Assembly: GCA_036268295.1 (NCBI GenBank)
Contig: DATAUK010000047.1
Location: 106,784-170,783, forward strand
DNA length: 64,000 bases
Direction: 5' to 3'
Source: Mycobacteriales bacterium
GTDB taxonomy: Bacteria; Actinomycetota; Actinomycetes; JAFAQI01
Shown here: positions 19,709-29,787 of the stretch, piece by piece
Layout of the letters: the number at the start of each line of letters is the position of its first letter
Position numbering within the stretch: the stretch's first letter is position 1
Made by a program: the position numbers and the translations under genes
Notes under the pieces: generated by a model
The model's database searches: none
The model's input: only the letters and a program-made list of their open reading frames with translations
Told to the model about the DNA's origin: nothing

Positions 19709-20392
19709 ATGACCAGTCGAAACGTCATCCGCAGCGGCATGACCGCCGGCGCGATCGCAGTGCTCAGCCTGGCCGTCGCCGGTGTCGGGATCGCGACCGC
19801 CGGGAACGGCGGATCGCTGACCCTGGGCCACGCCAACGCCGCGACCAAGACCACCACGATCAAGGACCCCAAAGGCACGCCACTGTCGCTGGTCGGCAAG
19901 AAATCCAAGCCGCCGTTGACCGTCAACAGCAGCAAGCAGGTGCCACACCTCAACGCCTCGCTGCTCGGCGGGCAGTCAGCCACCGGTCTTGCCACGAGCG
20001 GCTCCGGTTCGTCGTTCGGGCCGGACTTCGACGTCGCGCTGTCAAAGACGAACACCGCGGCGACGTTCGTCGTCGGGACGAAGCCGTTGCAGCCCGGCAC
20101 CTACTTCGTGAGCGCGTCAGCCGGCACCGTCGACCAGAACATCAACGCGACGTTCGGCTCACGGTGCTTCGTCGGAGAGACCGACGACATCACCACGTCG
20201 TTCGTGCTGAGCGGCAGCGACTCCCGTGGGGCGCAGACCGAGAGCGAGGTCGCCGTGGTCACCCTCACCAAGCCGACCGCACTCAGCGAGTACTGCTACT
20301 CGACCAGCGATGACGACATCAGCGTGTCGAGCGCGGGCATCTTCGCGATCAAGGTCCGGCACGCAACCATCGGGCCAAGCCTGTTCGGCTGA
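19709..20392 (+). CDS. secreted hypothetical protein
   Basis: 227 aa. N-terminal signal-like segment (AGAIAVLSLAVAGVGIATAG) with a Ser/Thr-rich mature part. No recognisable catalytic motif. Confidence 0.55.
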   Translation: MTSRNVIRSGMTAGAIAVLSLAVAGVGIATAGNGGSLTLGHANAATKTTTIKDPKGTPLSLVGKKSKPPLTVNSSKQVPHLNASLLGGQSATGLATSGSGSSFGPDFDVALSKTNTAATFVVGTKPLQPGTYFVSASAGTVDQNINATFGSRCFVGETDDITTSFVLSGSDSRGAQTESEVAVVTLTKPTALSEYCYSTSDDDISVSSAGIFAIKVRHATIGPSLFG

Positions 20393-20463
20393 AGCTTCAT
20401 CCCTGCGATGGGGGTCAGTTTCATCCGCTTGACCGATGCGGTTGCTGAGGTCCCGCCCCTAGC

Positions 20464-21390
20464 GTGACGGCCATGATTGAAGCCGTTGGACTGAGCAAAC
20501 GTTTCGGCACGACACTCGCCGTCGACGACCTGACCTTCACGGTCCGCCCGGGCGTCGTCACCGGGTTCCTCGGCCCGAATGGCTCCGGCAAGTCGACGAC
20601 GATGCGGATGCTGCTCGGCCTCGACGCGCCGACGGCGGGTCGGGCCACTGTCAACGGCAGGCCATACGTTGAGCACTCGGCACCGATGTGCGAGGTCGGC
20701 GCGCTGCTTGAGGCACGCGCAATCCACACCGGCCGATCAGCCCGCAATCACTTGCTCGCGCTGGCGGCGACCAACGGCGTCGGCCGGCGCCGGGTCAACG
20801 AGGTCATCGGCATGGTCGGACTCGACACGGTCGCGAGCAAGCGAGCCGGCGGGTTCTCGCTCGGAATGGGACAGCGCCTCGGCATCGCTACGGCACTGCT
20901 CGGCGACCCGGCCACGCTGATCCTCGACGAGCCGGTGAACGGCCTGGACCCCGAGGGCATCCTGTGGATCCGAAACCTGCTCAAGTCGCTCGCCGCCGAG
21001 GGCCGCACGGTGTTCGTCTCCTCGCACCTGATGAGCGAGATGGCGGTGACCGCCTCACATCTCGTCGTGATTGGACAAGGCCGGCTCATCGCCGACTCGA
21101 GCGTCGCCGACCTGACCGCGCAGGCCTCACGCGACGTCGTCTTGGTGCGGACCGAGCGGGCCGCCGAGCTTCGCGGCCTGCTCTCACAGGATGGCGTCGG
21201 GATCACGGCGAGCGATGTCGACCGGCTGATCATCACCGGACTCAGCAGCACCGCGGTCGGCCAGGTCGCCGCCGATGCCGGCATCGCCCTGATCGAGCTG
21301 ACCCCGCAACAAGCATCGCTTGAGGAGGCATTCATGGAGATCACCAAGGACGCGGTGGAGTTCAACGCCGTCGTCGGGAGCGACCGATGA
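20464..21390 (+). CDS. ABC transporter ATP-binding protein (ABC-2 / DrrA-like)
   Basis: Walker A GPNGSGKST, signature FSLGMGQRLG, Walker B LILDEPVNGLD. Confidence 0.9.
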   Translation: MTAMIEAVGLSKRFGTTLAVDDLTFTVRPGVVTGFLGPNGSGKSTTMRMLLGLDAPTAGRATVNGRPYVEHSAPMCEVGALLEARAIHTGRSARNHLLALAATNGVGRRRVNEVIGMVGLDTVASKRAGGFSLGMGQRLGIATALLGDPATLILDEPVNGLDPEGILWIRNLLKSLAAEGRTVFVSSHLMSEMAVTASHLVVIGQGRLIADSSVADLTAQASRDVVLVRTERAAELRGLLSQDGVGITASDVDRLIITGLSSTAVGQVAADAGIALIELTPQQASLEEAFMEITKDAVEFNAVVGSDR

Positions 21391-22247
21391 CCACGATGAC
21401 AGTTGCGGCGGCTGGCCGCCACTCCGGCCGCGAGGGCGTCAGCCTGCCGCGAGTGATCAACTCCGAATGGATCAAGTTCCGGTCGCTTCGCTCGAGCTGG
21501 ATCGCCTTCGCGGCCGCCCTCGTCGCGGCGATCGGGCTGGGAATCCTGTTCTCCGCAGTGCGGGCCCACAACTTCGGCAACATCCAGCACGCCACCGGCC
21601 CCAACGGCCAGTCGATCCCGGCAAGTGTCATCCGCCAGGGCTTCGACCCGACCCTGGTCTCGCTGCGAGGGCTGTTCCTGGCTCAGCTCGCTGTCGGCGT
21701 GCTCGGAGTGCTCATGATCACCGGGGAGTACGGCACTGGGATGATCAGGGCAACCTTGACCTCGGTGCCAACCCGCCGGCCGGTCCTGTTCGCGAAGTGC
21801 ATCGTGTTCGGCCTCTTCACGTTCGTGATCTCCACCGCCGCGAGCCTGATCGCGTTCCTCGGCGGTCAAGCCGCGCTGCACTCCGACGATCTCGGCGTCT
21901 CGCTGTCCTCACCCGGTGCGCTTCGCGCCGTCATCGGTGGCGGGCTGTTCCTCATGATCGTCGGTCTGCTCGGGCTCGGTTGCGGCTTCGCGATCCGCAA
22001 CACCGGCGGCGCCATCGCGACGTTGTTCGGCCTGATCCTGGTTCTGCCGTTGCTCGCGCAGGCGTTCCCGCAGTCGTGGCAGAACCACCTCGACCAGTAC
22101 CTCCCGCTCAGTGCCGGCTCGCAGCTGATCACCACGTACCACGAGTCCGGCGACCTTCATCCGCTCTCTGGCGGTCTGGTGTTCGCCGCGTACGCCGTGG
22201 TGTCGCTGGTGATTGGCGCGATCGTGCTCGCCCGGCGGGACGCCTGA
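21387..22247 (+). CDS. ABC-2 type transporter permease
   Basis: 286 aa with six predicted TM helices. ATGA overlap with the upstream ATPase gene. Confidence 0.85.
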   Translation: MTTMTVAAAGRHSGREGVSLPRVINSEWIKFRSLRSSWIAFAAALVAAIGLGILFSAVRAHNFGNIQHATGPNGQSIPASVIRQGFDPTLVSLRGLFLAQLAVGVLGVLMITGEYGTGMIRATLTSVPTRRPVLFAKCIVFGLFTFVISTAASLIAFLGGQAALHSDDLGVSLSSPGALRAVIGGGLFLMIVGLLGLGCGFAIRNTGGAIATLFGLILVLPLLAQAFPQSWQNHLDQYLPLSAGSQLITTYHESGDLHPLSGGLVFAAYAVVSLVIGAIVLARRDA

Positions 22248-22264
22248 GGGCTGACACTGGGTCA

Positions 22265-23488
22265 ATGACCGGCAGCGAGGCATCGAGCACACCGGCCGCG
22301 CGCAACCGTGGCGGGTTGCACGTGTGGCCGGTGGCAACCGACATCGCGATCGTCGTGGTTCTGGTCCTTGCCAGCCTCGCGCAAGAGGCTCATCAGGAAC
22401 GAATCAGCGGCGGGGATGCCGGCGCGCGGATCTTGTTGAGCCTGGCGCTCGTGCTGCCGTTGGCGTGGCGGCGCCGCGCCCCGCTGACCGTCTTCGTGTT
22501 CATCGGCGCGGTAGCCCTCGGCCAGTCGGTGACCGGACAGCCGATCCTGGCCGACGCGGCGCTGCTACTGGCGTTCTACGCCCTCGCTGCTTACTCCTCG
22601 ACGCGACAGACCGTCATCGCCGGTGCCTGCCTCGAGCTCGGCATCATCTTGGCAATCGCGGTCCGCGCCAGCCACAACTCCGACTATGCGCCGGGCTTTA
22701 TTTTCTTGACCGCGCTGGTCACCGCCGCCGGTGTGCTCGGCGTCAACGTGCGGATCCGGCGCGCCTACCTCGCCGGTGTCGAGGAGCGGGCTCATCAGCT
22801 CGAGCTGGAGCGCGACCAGCAGAGCCAGCTCGCGGTCGCGGCCGAGCGATCCCGGATCGCCCGTGAGATGCACGACATCATCGCCCACAACCTCACCGTG
22901 GTCATCGCGCTCACCGACGGCGCCGCACTGACGGTCGCCTCCGATCAGGCGCGGGCAGCCAGAGCGATCAACGAGGCGTCCGCGGCCGGCCGGCTGGCGC
23001 TGCGCGAGATGCGGCGGGTGCTCGGGGTGTTGCGCGAGCAGGACGAGTCGGCATCGCTGGCGCCGGCACCGACGATCGGCGACATCGACCAGCTGCTCGA
23101 GACGGTCCGGCGTACCGGCTTGGAGGTCAGCTACGAGACGACCGGGAGACTGGACGACCTGGGTAGTGGACTGGAGCTCACGATCTTCCGGCTGGTGCAG
23201 GAGGCGGTGACCAACACCGTCAAGCACGCCCTGACGCCGAGCCGGATCGCGGTCCGCCTCACTCGGCTGGCCGACGGGATCGTCGTCACGGTCACCAATG
23301 ACGGCGACGCTCCGGCGGTCACCGGCAGCGGGCAGGGCCTGGTCGGCATGCGGGAGCGGGTCGCGGTGCACGGCGGCCGGGTCGACGCCGGCCCGACCGC
23401 GGACGGCTGGCAGGTCACCGCGCTGCTTGCCGTCAGCGCACTGTCGACGTCAGACGCCGAGGTCCATCAGGGCGTGCCGTCGCCATGA
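22265..23488 (+). CDS. sensor histidine kinase (HisKA_3 / NarL-partner type)
   Basis: Start trimmed to the ATG at 22265 (MTGSEASS...). N-terminal TM helices, H-box EMHDIIAHNLTV, and a HATPase region (LVQEAVTNTVKHA, GQGLVGMRERV). Confidence 0.85.
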   Translation: MTGSEASSTPAARNRGGLHVWPVATDIAIVVVLVLASLAQEAHQERISGGDAGARILLSLALVLPLAWRRRAPLTVFVFIGAVALGQSVTGQPILADAALLLAFYALAAYSSTRQTVIAGACLELGIILAIAVRASHNSDYAPGFIFLTALVTAAGVLGVNVRIRRAYLAGVEERAHQLELERDQQSQLAVAAERSRIAREMHDIIAHNLTVVIALTDGAALTVASDQARAARAINEASAAGRLALREMRRVLGVLREQDESASLAPAPTIGDIDQLLETVRRTGLEVSYETTGRLDDLGSGLELTIFRLVQEAVTNTVKHALTPSRIAVRLTRLADGIVVTVTNDGDAPAVTGSGQGLVGMRERVAVHGGRVDAGPTADGWQVTALLAVSALSTSDAEVHQGVPSP

Positions 23489-24153
23489 GCGTGCTCTCGG
23501 TCTTGCTGGTCGACGACCAGCCACTGTTGCGGCTCGGCTTCCGGATGGTGCTCGAAGCCCATGAGGGACTAGTCGTGGTCGGCGAGGCGGCCGATGGCGA
23601 GACCGCCGTGGCCGCCGCGCTCGAGCTCTGCCCCGACGTCATCGTCATGGACGTCCGAATGCCAGGCGTCGACGGCATCGCGGCCACCGAGCGGATCACG
23701 ACCGCCCAGCCAGACTCGAAGATCCTGATCCTCACGACGTTCGATCTCGACGAGTACGCCTTCGCCGGGCTTCGGGCCGGAGCCAGCGGCTTCTTGCTCA
23801 AGGACGTGCCGCCCGACGAGCTGGTCGCTGCGATCAGAACGGTGGCCAGTGGTGACGCGGTCGTCGCGCCGCGGGTCACCCGCCGGCTGCTCGACACGTT
23901 CGCCCGCGACCTTCCGACCGCGTCGGACTCGATCGAGCCGGACCAGCGCCTCGACGTCCTGACCGACCGCGAGCGTGACGTGCTGGGGGCGTTGGCGCTC
24001 GGCAAGAGCAACCTGGAGATTGCCGCGACGCTTCATCTGTCGGAAGCCACGGTCAAGAGCCACGTCAGCCGGATTCTGGCCAAGCTCGGCCTGCGTGACC
24101 GGGTCCAAGCGGTGATCTTCGCTTACGAGACACGCCTGATTCGACCCTCGTAG
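23485..24153 (+). CDS. response regulator, NarL/LuxR family
   Basis: Receiver domain (LLVDDQ, VIVMDVRMPGVDG) plus LuxR HTH (LTDRERDVLGALALGKSNLEIAATLHLSEATVKSHV). 4-nt overlap with the kinase gene. Confidence 0.9.
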   Translation: MSVLSVLLVDDQPLLRLGFRMVLEAHEGLVVVGEAADGETAVAAALELCPDVIVMDVRMPGVDGIAATERITTAQPDSKILILTTFDLDEYAFAGLRAGASGFLLKDVPPDELVAAIRTVASGDAVVAPRVTRRLLDTFARDLPTASDSIEPDQRLDVLTDRERDVLGALALGKSNLEIAATLHLSEATVKSHVSRILAKLGLRDRVQAVIFAYETRLIRPS

Positions 24154-24228
24154 AGGTTCGATGCCGCGGGTGGCACACTGGTAGGCGTCAGGGGACCCGT
24201 CCGGGCCTCGAGACGAGGAGGCAATCCA

Positions 24229-25074
24229 ATGACCGACGGCGGCGTTTCGCCTTACGGCACCCCACGAAACAGCGTGGTACGCCGTACCCGCACTCATCAC
24301 CTACAGACCATGAAGGACCGCGGCGAGCGGTGGGCGATGCTCACCGCCTACGACATGCACTCGGCGTCGATCTTCGACGAGGCCGGCATCCCGGCACTGC
24401 TGGTCGGTGACTCCGCCGCCAACAACGTGTTCGGCTTCGACACCACGCTGCCGGTGACGGTGGACGAGCTGCTGCCGCTGGTCCGCGCAGTCGTCCGCTC
24501 GACCCGAACCGCGCTGGTCGTCGCCGACCTGCCGTTCGGGTCCTACCAGGTCTCCCCCGACCAGGCGCTGCAGACCGCGATCCGTTTCATGAAGGAAGGC
24601 GGCGCGCAGGCGGTCAAGCTCGAGGGCGGCCGGCAAGTCGTGCGCCAGGTGCGGGCGATCGTCGACGCCGGAGTGCCCGTCATGGCGCACATCGGATTCA
24701 CCCCGCAGAGCGAGCACGGGCTCGGCGGCTACCGGGTGCAGGGCCGCGGCGACTCCGCCGACCAGCTCGTCGACGACGCGCTCGCCCTCGAGGATGCGGG
24801 CGCGTTCGCCGTGGTGCTCGAGATGATCCCGGTCGATGTCGCGGCGCGGATCACCAAGGAGATCCACATCCCCACGATCGGCATCGGCGCCGGCCCGGAG
24901 TGCGACGCGCAGGTCATGGTGTGGACCGACATGGCCGGCCTCAACTCGGGTCCGGCGCCGCGGTTCGTCAAACGGTACGCCGACGTGCGCGCCGTGATCA
25001 CCGAGGCGGCCCGCGCCTACGCCGACGACGTCGCCAACGGCACCTATCCCGGGCCTGAGCACTCGTTCGAGTGA
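24229..25074 (+). CDS. panB: 3-methyl-2-oxobutanoate hydroxymethyltransferase
   Basis: [32 protein letters not shown] motifs. Confidence 0.9.
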   Translation: MTDGGVSPYGTPRNSVVRRTRTHHLQTMKDRGERWAMLTAYDMHSASIFDEAGIPALLVGDSAANNVFGFDTTLPVTVDELLPLVRAVVRSTRTALVVADLPFGSYQVSPDQALQTAIRFMKEGGAQAVKLEGGRQVVRQVRAIVDAGVPVMAHIGFTPQSEHGLGGYRVQGRGDSADQLVDDALALEDAGAFAVVLEMIPVDVAARITKEIHIPTIGIGAGPECDAQVMVWTDMAGLNSGPAPRFVKRYADVRAVITEAARAYADDVANGTYPGPEHSFE

Positions 25075-25793
25075 GGGTGACTCGAAAGCTGGCTCGTCAG
25101 GACTTGGCGAGCTTCCACGAGTGACGGGCCGTACCAGGTGAGGTGGCGGCCGCTGACGCAGGCAACCGTCACACCCCAGTCGGCGAACGCCTCCGGGCCG
25201 TCGGCCGGGCTGAACGCATAGGGCTCGTCCGGCAGCACGATCAGCTCCGGCTCGAGATCGTGGAGCTCATCGAGACCGACTCGCGGATAGCGTTGGGCGG
25301 CGTCAGCCATCACGTTGTCGATGCCGAGCCGGGCCAACAGATCGCCGGCGAAGCTCTCGCGGCCTACGACCATCCACGGCCGGCGCCAGATCGGCACCGC
25401 GGCCCGCCGCCGCGGGCCGTCGTACGGCGCCGACCAGACCTCCACCGCGCGGTCGAGCCAATCCGGCCGGTCGAGACCGCAGCCGAGTCGCAGCATCCGG
25501 TCGAGCGAGCTCAGCGCGTCCGGCACGGTCCGGGGAGCGGTGACCCAGACCGGCAGGCCGGCTGCGATCAGCGCCGCGATGTCAGGCTCGCGGTTCTCCT
25601 CGTCGTTGGCGATCACGAGATCGGGAGCAATCGCGATGATGTCCGCCACCCGCGGATTCTTGGTGCCGCCGACCCGCGCGACGGCGAGGTCCGGTGGATG
25701 GGTGCACCAGTCGGTGGCGCCGGCCACCAGCCCGGGAGCGGTCGCCTCGATCGCGTCGGTCAGCGACGGCACCAGCGACACGACCCGGTGCAC
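25044..25793 (-). CDS. BtuF/TroA-like helical-backbone metal/cobalamin-binding protein (no signal peptide)
   Basis: [13 protein letters not shown]...[11 protein letters not shown] pattern of class-8 periplasmic-binding-fold proteins. The 3' end overlaps the panB 3' end convergently by 31 nt. Confidence 0.65.
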   Translation of the reverse strand: MHRVVSLVPSLTDAIEATAPGLVAGATDWCTHPPDLAVARVGGTKNPRVADIIAIAPDLVIANDEENREPDIAALIAAGLPVWVTAPRTVPDALSSLDRMLRLGCGLDRPDWLDRAVEVWSAPYDGPRRRAAVPIWRRPWMVVGRESFAGDLLARLGIDNVMADAAQRYPRVGLDELHDLEPELIVLPDEPYAFSPADGPEAFADWGVTVACVSGRHLTWYGPSLVEARQVLTSQLSSHPHSNECSGPG

Positions 25794-25830
25794 CGGACCG
25801 TTGATCCGGACCGGGCGCCCGAGGTCGTCC

Positions 25831-26529
25831 TCAGACGTCGGTGACCCGCAGCCCGGCGTGTGCCTTGTAGCGGCGGTTCACCGATACCAGGTTGGCGGTC
25901 AGCGCCTCGACCTGACCGGCGTTGCGCAGCCGGCCGCCGTAGATGCCCCGCATCCCGGCGATCCGGTCGACCAGCGCCTGCACGAGATCGGTTGCCGCGC
26001 GCTCCTCACCGAGCACCAGGACGTCGGTGTCGATCGAGCCGACGTCGGGATCGAGCAGCAGCGCCGCGCTCACGTGATGGAAGGCGGCGATGATGGTGCT
26101 GTCCGGGAGCAGGGCTGCGGCCTGCTGCGCGGCGCTGCCCTCGGCCACCGCAAGCGCGTACGCCCCCTGCTTGTCAAAGCCAATCGGGTTGACGCAGTCG
26201 ATGACGATCTTTCCGGACAGGGCCGGCGCAAGTCCTCTGATCAGTTGTTCGTGGCCTTCCCACGGGACCGCGACCACGACGACGTCTGCCGCCGCCGCCG
26301 CGGCGTCGTTGGTCGTCCCGTCGATCAACGACGGATCAGCCACCGTGGCACGGAGCTCGTCAGCCGCGGCCGCCGCCCGCTCGGCCTGACGCGAGCCGAG
26401 GATCACCGCATGACCGGCCATGGCGAACCGCCGGGCGAGGCCGCGGCCCTGGTCTCCGGTGCCGCCAAGAAATGCCAATGTCAGCTGTGTCGCGTCGGTC
26501 GCGAGCGCGTCGCTCAACCCGTCCTCCAT
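25831..26529 (-). CDS. npdG: NADPH-dependent F420 reductase
   Basis: Rossmann motif LAFLGGTGDQGRGLARR and C-terminal SVNRRYKAHAGLRV. The start is trimmed to the ATG at 26529. Confidence 0.8.
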   Translation of the reverse strand: MEDGLSDALATDATQLTLAFLGGTGDQGRGLARRFAMAGHAVILGSRQAERAAAAADELRATVADPSLIDGTTNDAAAAAADVVVVAVPWEGHEQLIRGLAPALSGKIVIDCVNPIGFDKQGAYALAVAEGSAAQQAAALLPDSTIIAAFHHVSAALLLDPDVGSIDTDVLVLGEERAATDLVQALVDRIAGMRGIYGGRLRNAGQVEALTANLVSVNRRYKAHAGLRVTDV

Positions 26530-26627
26530 CGTCGACGCCGCGATATCTGCTCCGCCATCGCAGGAACAGCGGCAGGAACGGCGAACCACACGTTATCCGG
26601 GACAGTCGGGCGAGCGAGGGGGTCGGG

Positions 26628-27404
26628 ATGCGCCGCAAGAACGACCGGAGCGAACGGCGCGACGCCGAGTCAGCTGCCGTGGCCGCCCTCGTCGACGACA
26701 TCCGATCGCTGCGGCTCACCCTCGCCGCCGATTTTTCGGCAGCCGCCGCCGCCATCGACGCGGCCGAGCCGGCCGTGGCGCGCGACATCATGGCCGGCGA
26801 CCGCGGCGAGGTACGTCGACTGGCCGCCGGCTTCACAAAGCCGCCCGCCGCCGCCCGCCGGCCGGGACGACGGCGAGCTTTCGTTGCTGCGGCTGCCATC
26901 CCAATGGTCGGAGTACTAGCGGTGACAGGGGCGATGGCGCTGAGCACCGGTCGCGCGGCAAGTCATGACCCGGCGCAGCGAGTCGGCTCCTACCACCACC
27001 TGGCCGCCGCGGCAGGTGTGTTGCCGGAGGCCACGAGGCCACCGCTGCTCACCACCGCGACCGCCGAGCGAAAGGTTGCAACATCCGCTCGGGTTCGCTC
27101 CGCACGGCTGCCGGCGACCGCGGCCGGCCGTGATCGGGCCGGCGGCACCGCGGGACCCTCACCGAGCGGATTTGCACCTACCCCGAAGCGGCCGATCAAG
27201 ATCACCGGCCTGCTAGCGGTCGAACACCGGTTGCTCGGGGCGTGGCCGACGCCGAGCCCCACTCCGACGATCCAGCCACCGACCGCGCCCTCGATTGGTT
27301 TTAGCAACCCCGCGACACGCACTTCGTTGGGCTCAAGATCACCCATGGGAACCGGATTGGATGACACAGTGGCATCCAGAACAGTCCTCCAAACATCGAG
27401 CTAG
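26628..27404 (+). CDS. hypothetical single-pass membrane protein, Pro/Ala-rich C-terminus
   Basis: ATG at 26628 preceded by GAGGGGG. One TM helix (AFVAAAAIPMVGVLAVTGAMAL). No family recognised. Codon bias weakens toward the 3' end. Confidence 0.45.
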   Translation: MRRKNDRSERRDAESAAVAALVDDIRSLRLTLAADFSAAAAAIDAAEPAVARDIMAGDRGEVRRLAAGFTKPPAAARRPGRRRAFVAAAAIPMVGVLAVTGAMALSTGRAASHDPAQRVGSYHHLAAAAGVLPEATRPPLLTTATAERKVATSARVRSARLPATAAGRDRAGGTAGPSPSGFAPTPKRPIKITGLLAVEHRLLGAWPTPSPTPTIQPPTAPSIGFSNPATRTSLGSRSPMGTGLDDTVASRTVLQTSS

Positions 27405-27413
27405 GGGGCTCAC

Positions 27414-27824
27414 GTGGCACGAACAGCGGCGAAGAAGACCACCGCCAAAAAGACGACCGCGCGCAAGGCGACCGCCCGAAAGACGGCGGCCAAGCGAGCA
27501 CCGGCCAAGCGGGCACCGGCCAAGCGCGCCCCCGCACGCAAGAAAGCGGCAGCGGCCAAGAAGACAGTCGCGAAGAAGACGCCGGGTATTAAGCGCGCGG
27601 TCGCGAAGAAGGCGAGCGCCGCCAAGAAGACGGTTGCGAAGAAGGCACCAGCGGCTAAGCGCAGCGCCGCGAAGAAGGCGACGAGCGTGAAGCGGACGGT
27701 CGCCAAGAAGACGCCTGCCAAGCGCACGGCCGCCAAGAAGACGACCGCGGCCAAGAAAACCGCGGCCAAGAAGGCACCGGCGCGCAAGACCACGGCAAAG
27801 AAGACAACCGCCCGCAAGAGGTAA
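27414..27824 (+). CDS. histone H1-like Lys/Ala-repeat DNA-binding protein (stand-alone HupB/MDP1-tail-like)
   Basis: 136 aa built almost entirely of AKK/AKRAP/TAKKT repeats. GTG start preceded by AGGGGG. Confidence 0.8.
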   Translation: MARTAAKKTTAKKTTARKATARKTAAKRAPAKRAPAKRAPARKKAAAAKKTVAKKTPGIKRAVAKKASAAKKTVAKKAPAAKRSAAKKATSVKRTVAKKTPAKRTAAKKTTAAKKTAAKKAPARKTTAKKTTARKR

Positions 27825-27885
27825 CCAGCTGTCCGACTCCACCCAGTCCCCGCAACCGCCGCGTCGACCCACGGTCACGCGGCGG

Positions 27886-28071
27886 TTGTGCGCTGTGGCT
27901 TGCTTTGTGCTCGCGCTCGTCGCCGTGATCGGCGCAGTTTTATTGTTCGGCAACGGTTTTGCCGGTCCGGCGCCGATTGCGCTGGTCGCGGCCGGTGGGC
28001 TGATCGTGATCGGCGTCACGTTCTGGCGGCCGCCACCGCCGGCCGGACGAAGAGGTCCCTATCCGCGGTAG
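27886..28071 (+). CDS. possible small two-TM membrane protein
   Basis: 61-aa ORF with a TTG start (a GTG lies 3 codons downstream). Two hydrophobic helices and a Pro/Arg tail. No homology recognised. Confidence 0.3.
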   Translation: MCAVACFVLALVAVIGAVLLFGNGFAGPAPIALVAAGGLIVIGVTFWRPPPPAGRRGPYPR

Positions 28072-28101
28072 GAGCGACTCACCGCTGCGAGCCGCACCGA
28101 G

Positions 28102-29115
28102 TCAGCGACCGCGGGCTCGACGATCCTTGACGATCAGCCGCCAGCGACTGCCGCTGGTGTCCCAGCGCACCGCACGGTCGCCGACGTCGACCGAGTCAAG
28201 CGCGGTCACACGCGCCAGATCGCTACTGTCGGCACCGAGATCGGCCACTCCCACGACACCCTCGTGGTCGACTTCGATTGACAGCCCCCAACGCCCGACA
28301 TCAATTCCGGTGACGTCGCGGACATCAACGGCGGCCGACCAGCCGGCCCAGGCCCGCCGGTCGCTACGGCGAACCCGAATCGCGGCAACCGCGACCTCCC
28401 GGCCATGATCGGCGAGCAGCACGCGAACGCTGTCGTCGGCCGAGCTGCCGAGCAGGTCGACCGTCGCCCAGCCGGCGAAGCGCACCATCCCGTCGGCCGG
28501 GTCGACCTCGATCTCCTCCAGCTGCGCGCGCAGCCGGGTCCGGTCGGTGACGTCGTAACAGGAATCTGGCGCGTCGTACCTGGGATCGCGGAAGCCGGGA
28601 AGCTGAGCGAACACCGCCGGGGCCTCGACGCACAACCGCAGTGGCGAGCGAGCAAGGGTGCGCCGGAAGGCACCTGTGTCGACAACCCCCGCCGCGTTGT
28701 CGAGCAGCACCTGCCATGCGGCAGCAACCCGTTCGGCATACAACAGTCGAAACACGATCCGCGGCCGGGTTGGAAGCCGGTCAATCGCGTCGACGCCGAT
28801 CGTGGCGATCACCCCGGCCACCAGATCCAACGTCTCTCGCGGCTCAACCTCGACGGCGGTAGTACGCAGTAGCAGGTCGTGCAGCTCGCGCAGCTGTGAG
28901 CGGAGCTCGACCGCGCTGCGGCCTGGATCGGCGGCGAGATCCGACCTCCACGTCCGTACCGCGGCATCGACCTCGGCGATAGTGAGCGGTGCGAGTCTCG
29001 CCACCAGACGGACACTAGCCTCGCGCTTTCGCGTGGGGACGACTTGACGCGACGGTGAATGCACGGAAGTGCCTGTCCGGTATGGAACCTTGGGCTCGCG
29101 AAGGTCCAAAGTCAC
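28102..29115 (-). CDS. hypothetical protein (resembles the non-catalytic C-terminal region of the neighbouring GT2)
   Basis: 337-aa ORF. The start is uncertain; an alternative GTG lies at 29004. The C-terminal beta-rich region (GWATVDLLG...RWGLSIEV) is of the type seen attached to teichoic-acid-type transferases. Confidence 0.55.
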   Translation of the reverse strand: MTLDLREPKVPYRTGTSVHSPSRQVVPTRKREASVRLVARLAPLTIAEVDAAVRTWRSDLAADPGRSAVELRSQLRELHDLLLRTTAVEVEPRETLDLVAGVIATIGVDAIDRLPTRPRIVFRLLYAERVAAAWQVLLDNAAGVVDTGAFRRTLARSPLRLCVEAPAVFAQLPGFRDPRYDAPDSCYDVTDRTRLRAQLEEIEVDPADGMVRFAGWATVDLLGSSADDSVRVLLADHGREVAVAAIRVRRSDRRAWAGWSAAVDVRDVTGIDVGRWGLSIEVDHEGVVGVADLGADSSDLARVTALDSVDVGDRAVRWDTSGSRWRLIVKDRRARGR

Positions 29116-29589
29116 TCAGCATCGGAGCCTTCTTCGCGGCCTACCAGCTGGCCGACCTGCGCCGTCAGCGCAGGCGCGAAGCTGTTCTGGCGCTAGTCCG
29201 TTCCTTTCAGAGCGCTCACTTCACCTCAGCGTTGCGCCAAACCAACTCGCTGCCGGACGGCGCCGACCGCGCCACGATCCGCGAGTTGCTTGGTCCCACC
29301 GGGGAGAATCAGGTGTTCCTCGTGGGACTGACGTGGGAAAGCTTGGGTGTCCTGGTCTTCCGTCGCCAGGTTGACATGGAGACGATGGACGACTTCTTCA
29401 GCGGAGCGATCATGGTGTCGTGGCGCAAGCTCAGCAAGTTCGTCGAGGAGGATCGTGAGCTTGCAGCGCCAGACGGTGTGGGAATGGTTCCAGTGGCTGG
29501 CCGACCGCACGCAGGAACGGGAGCGCACCCAGGCACCCGTAGCCGCGCATATCGCACATCGGGATTGGCGACCTGAGGGCCGCCGCTAG
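29055..29589 (+). pseudogene. DUF4760-like gene remnant with a +1 frameshift near 29455-29462 and a truncated N-terminal TM segment
   Basis: The frame of ORF 29055..29576 carries ...LVRSFQSAHF...FFSGAIMVSWRKLSKFVEEDRE. The protein-like continuation LQRQTVWEWFQWLADRTQERE lies in the frame of ORF 29347..29589. Locally lower GC. Confidence 0.5.
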
Positions 29590-29787
29590 GGGATCGGACC
29601 CAGGGGCCCGTCGACTCAATCTCAGTTCGGACTGGCGCCGCTCGACCTCCCTCGCAGAATGCCTCTCCGCTGATTTGGAACGGATCGGGAAACCGCGATA
29701 GCTAGCTGGTGCCGGGTGGCGGAGGTCTGGAGCCCGAAGCGACAGACGGCAACAACGACCTGCGACACCCGGCACTAATATGCCGTC

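Noticed and set aside
21320-22264. Upstream 315 codons of the 722-aa ORF containing the histidine kinase
   Set aside because: They overlap the ABC-2 permease gene in another frame and are Arg/Pro-rich. The kinase starts at the ATG at 22265, after the permease stop.
27414-27824. Periodic short repeats that could be mistaken for a CRISPR-like or satellite array
   Set aside because: The repeats are in-frame, degenerate, have no spacer structure, and translate into a continuous Lys/Ala-rich protein with an RBS. This is coding sequence, not an array.
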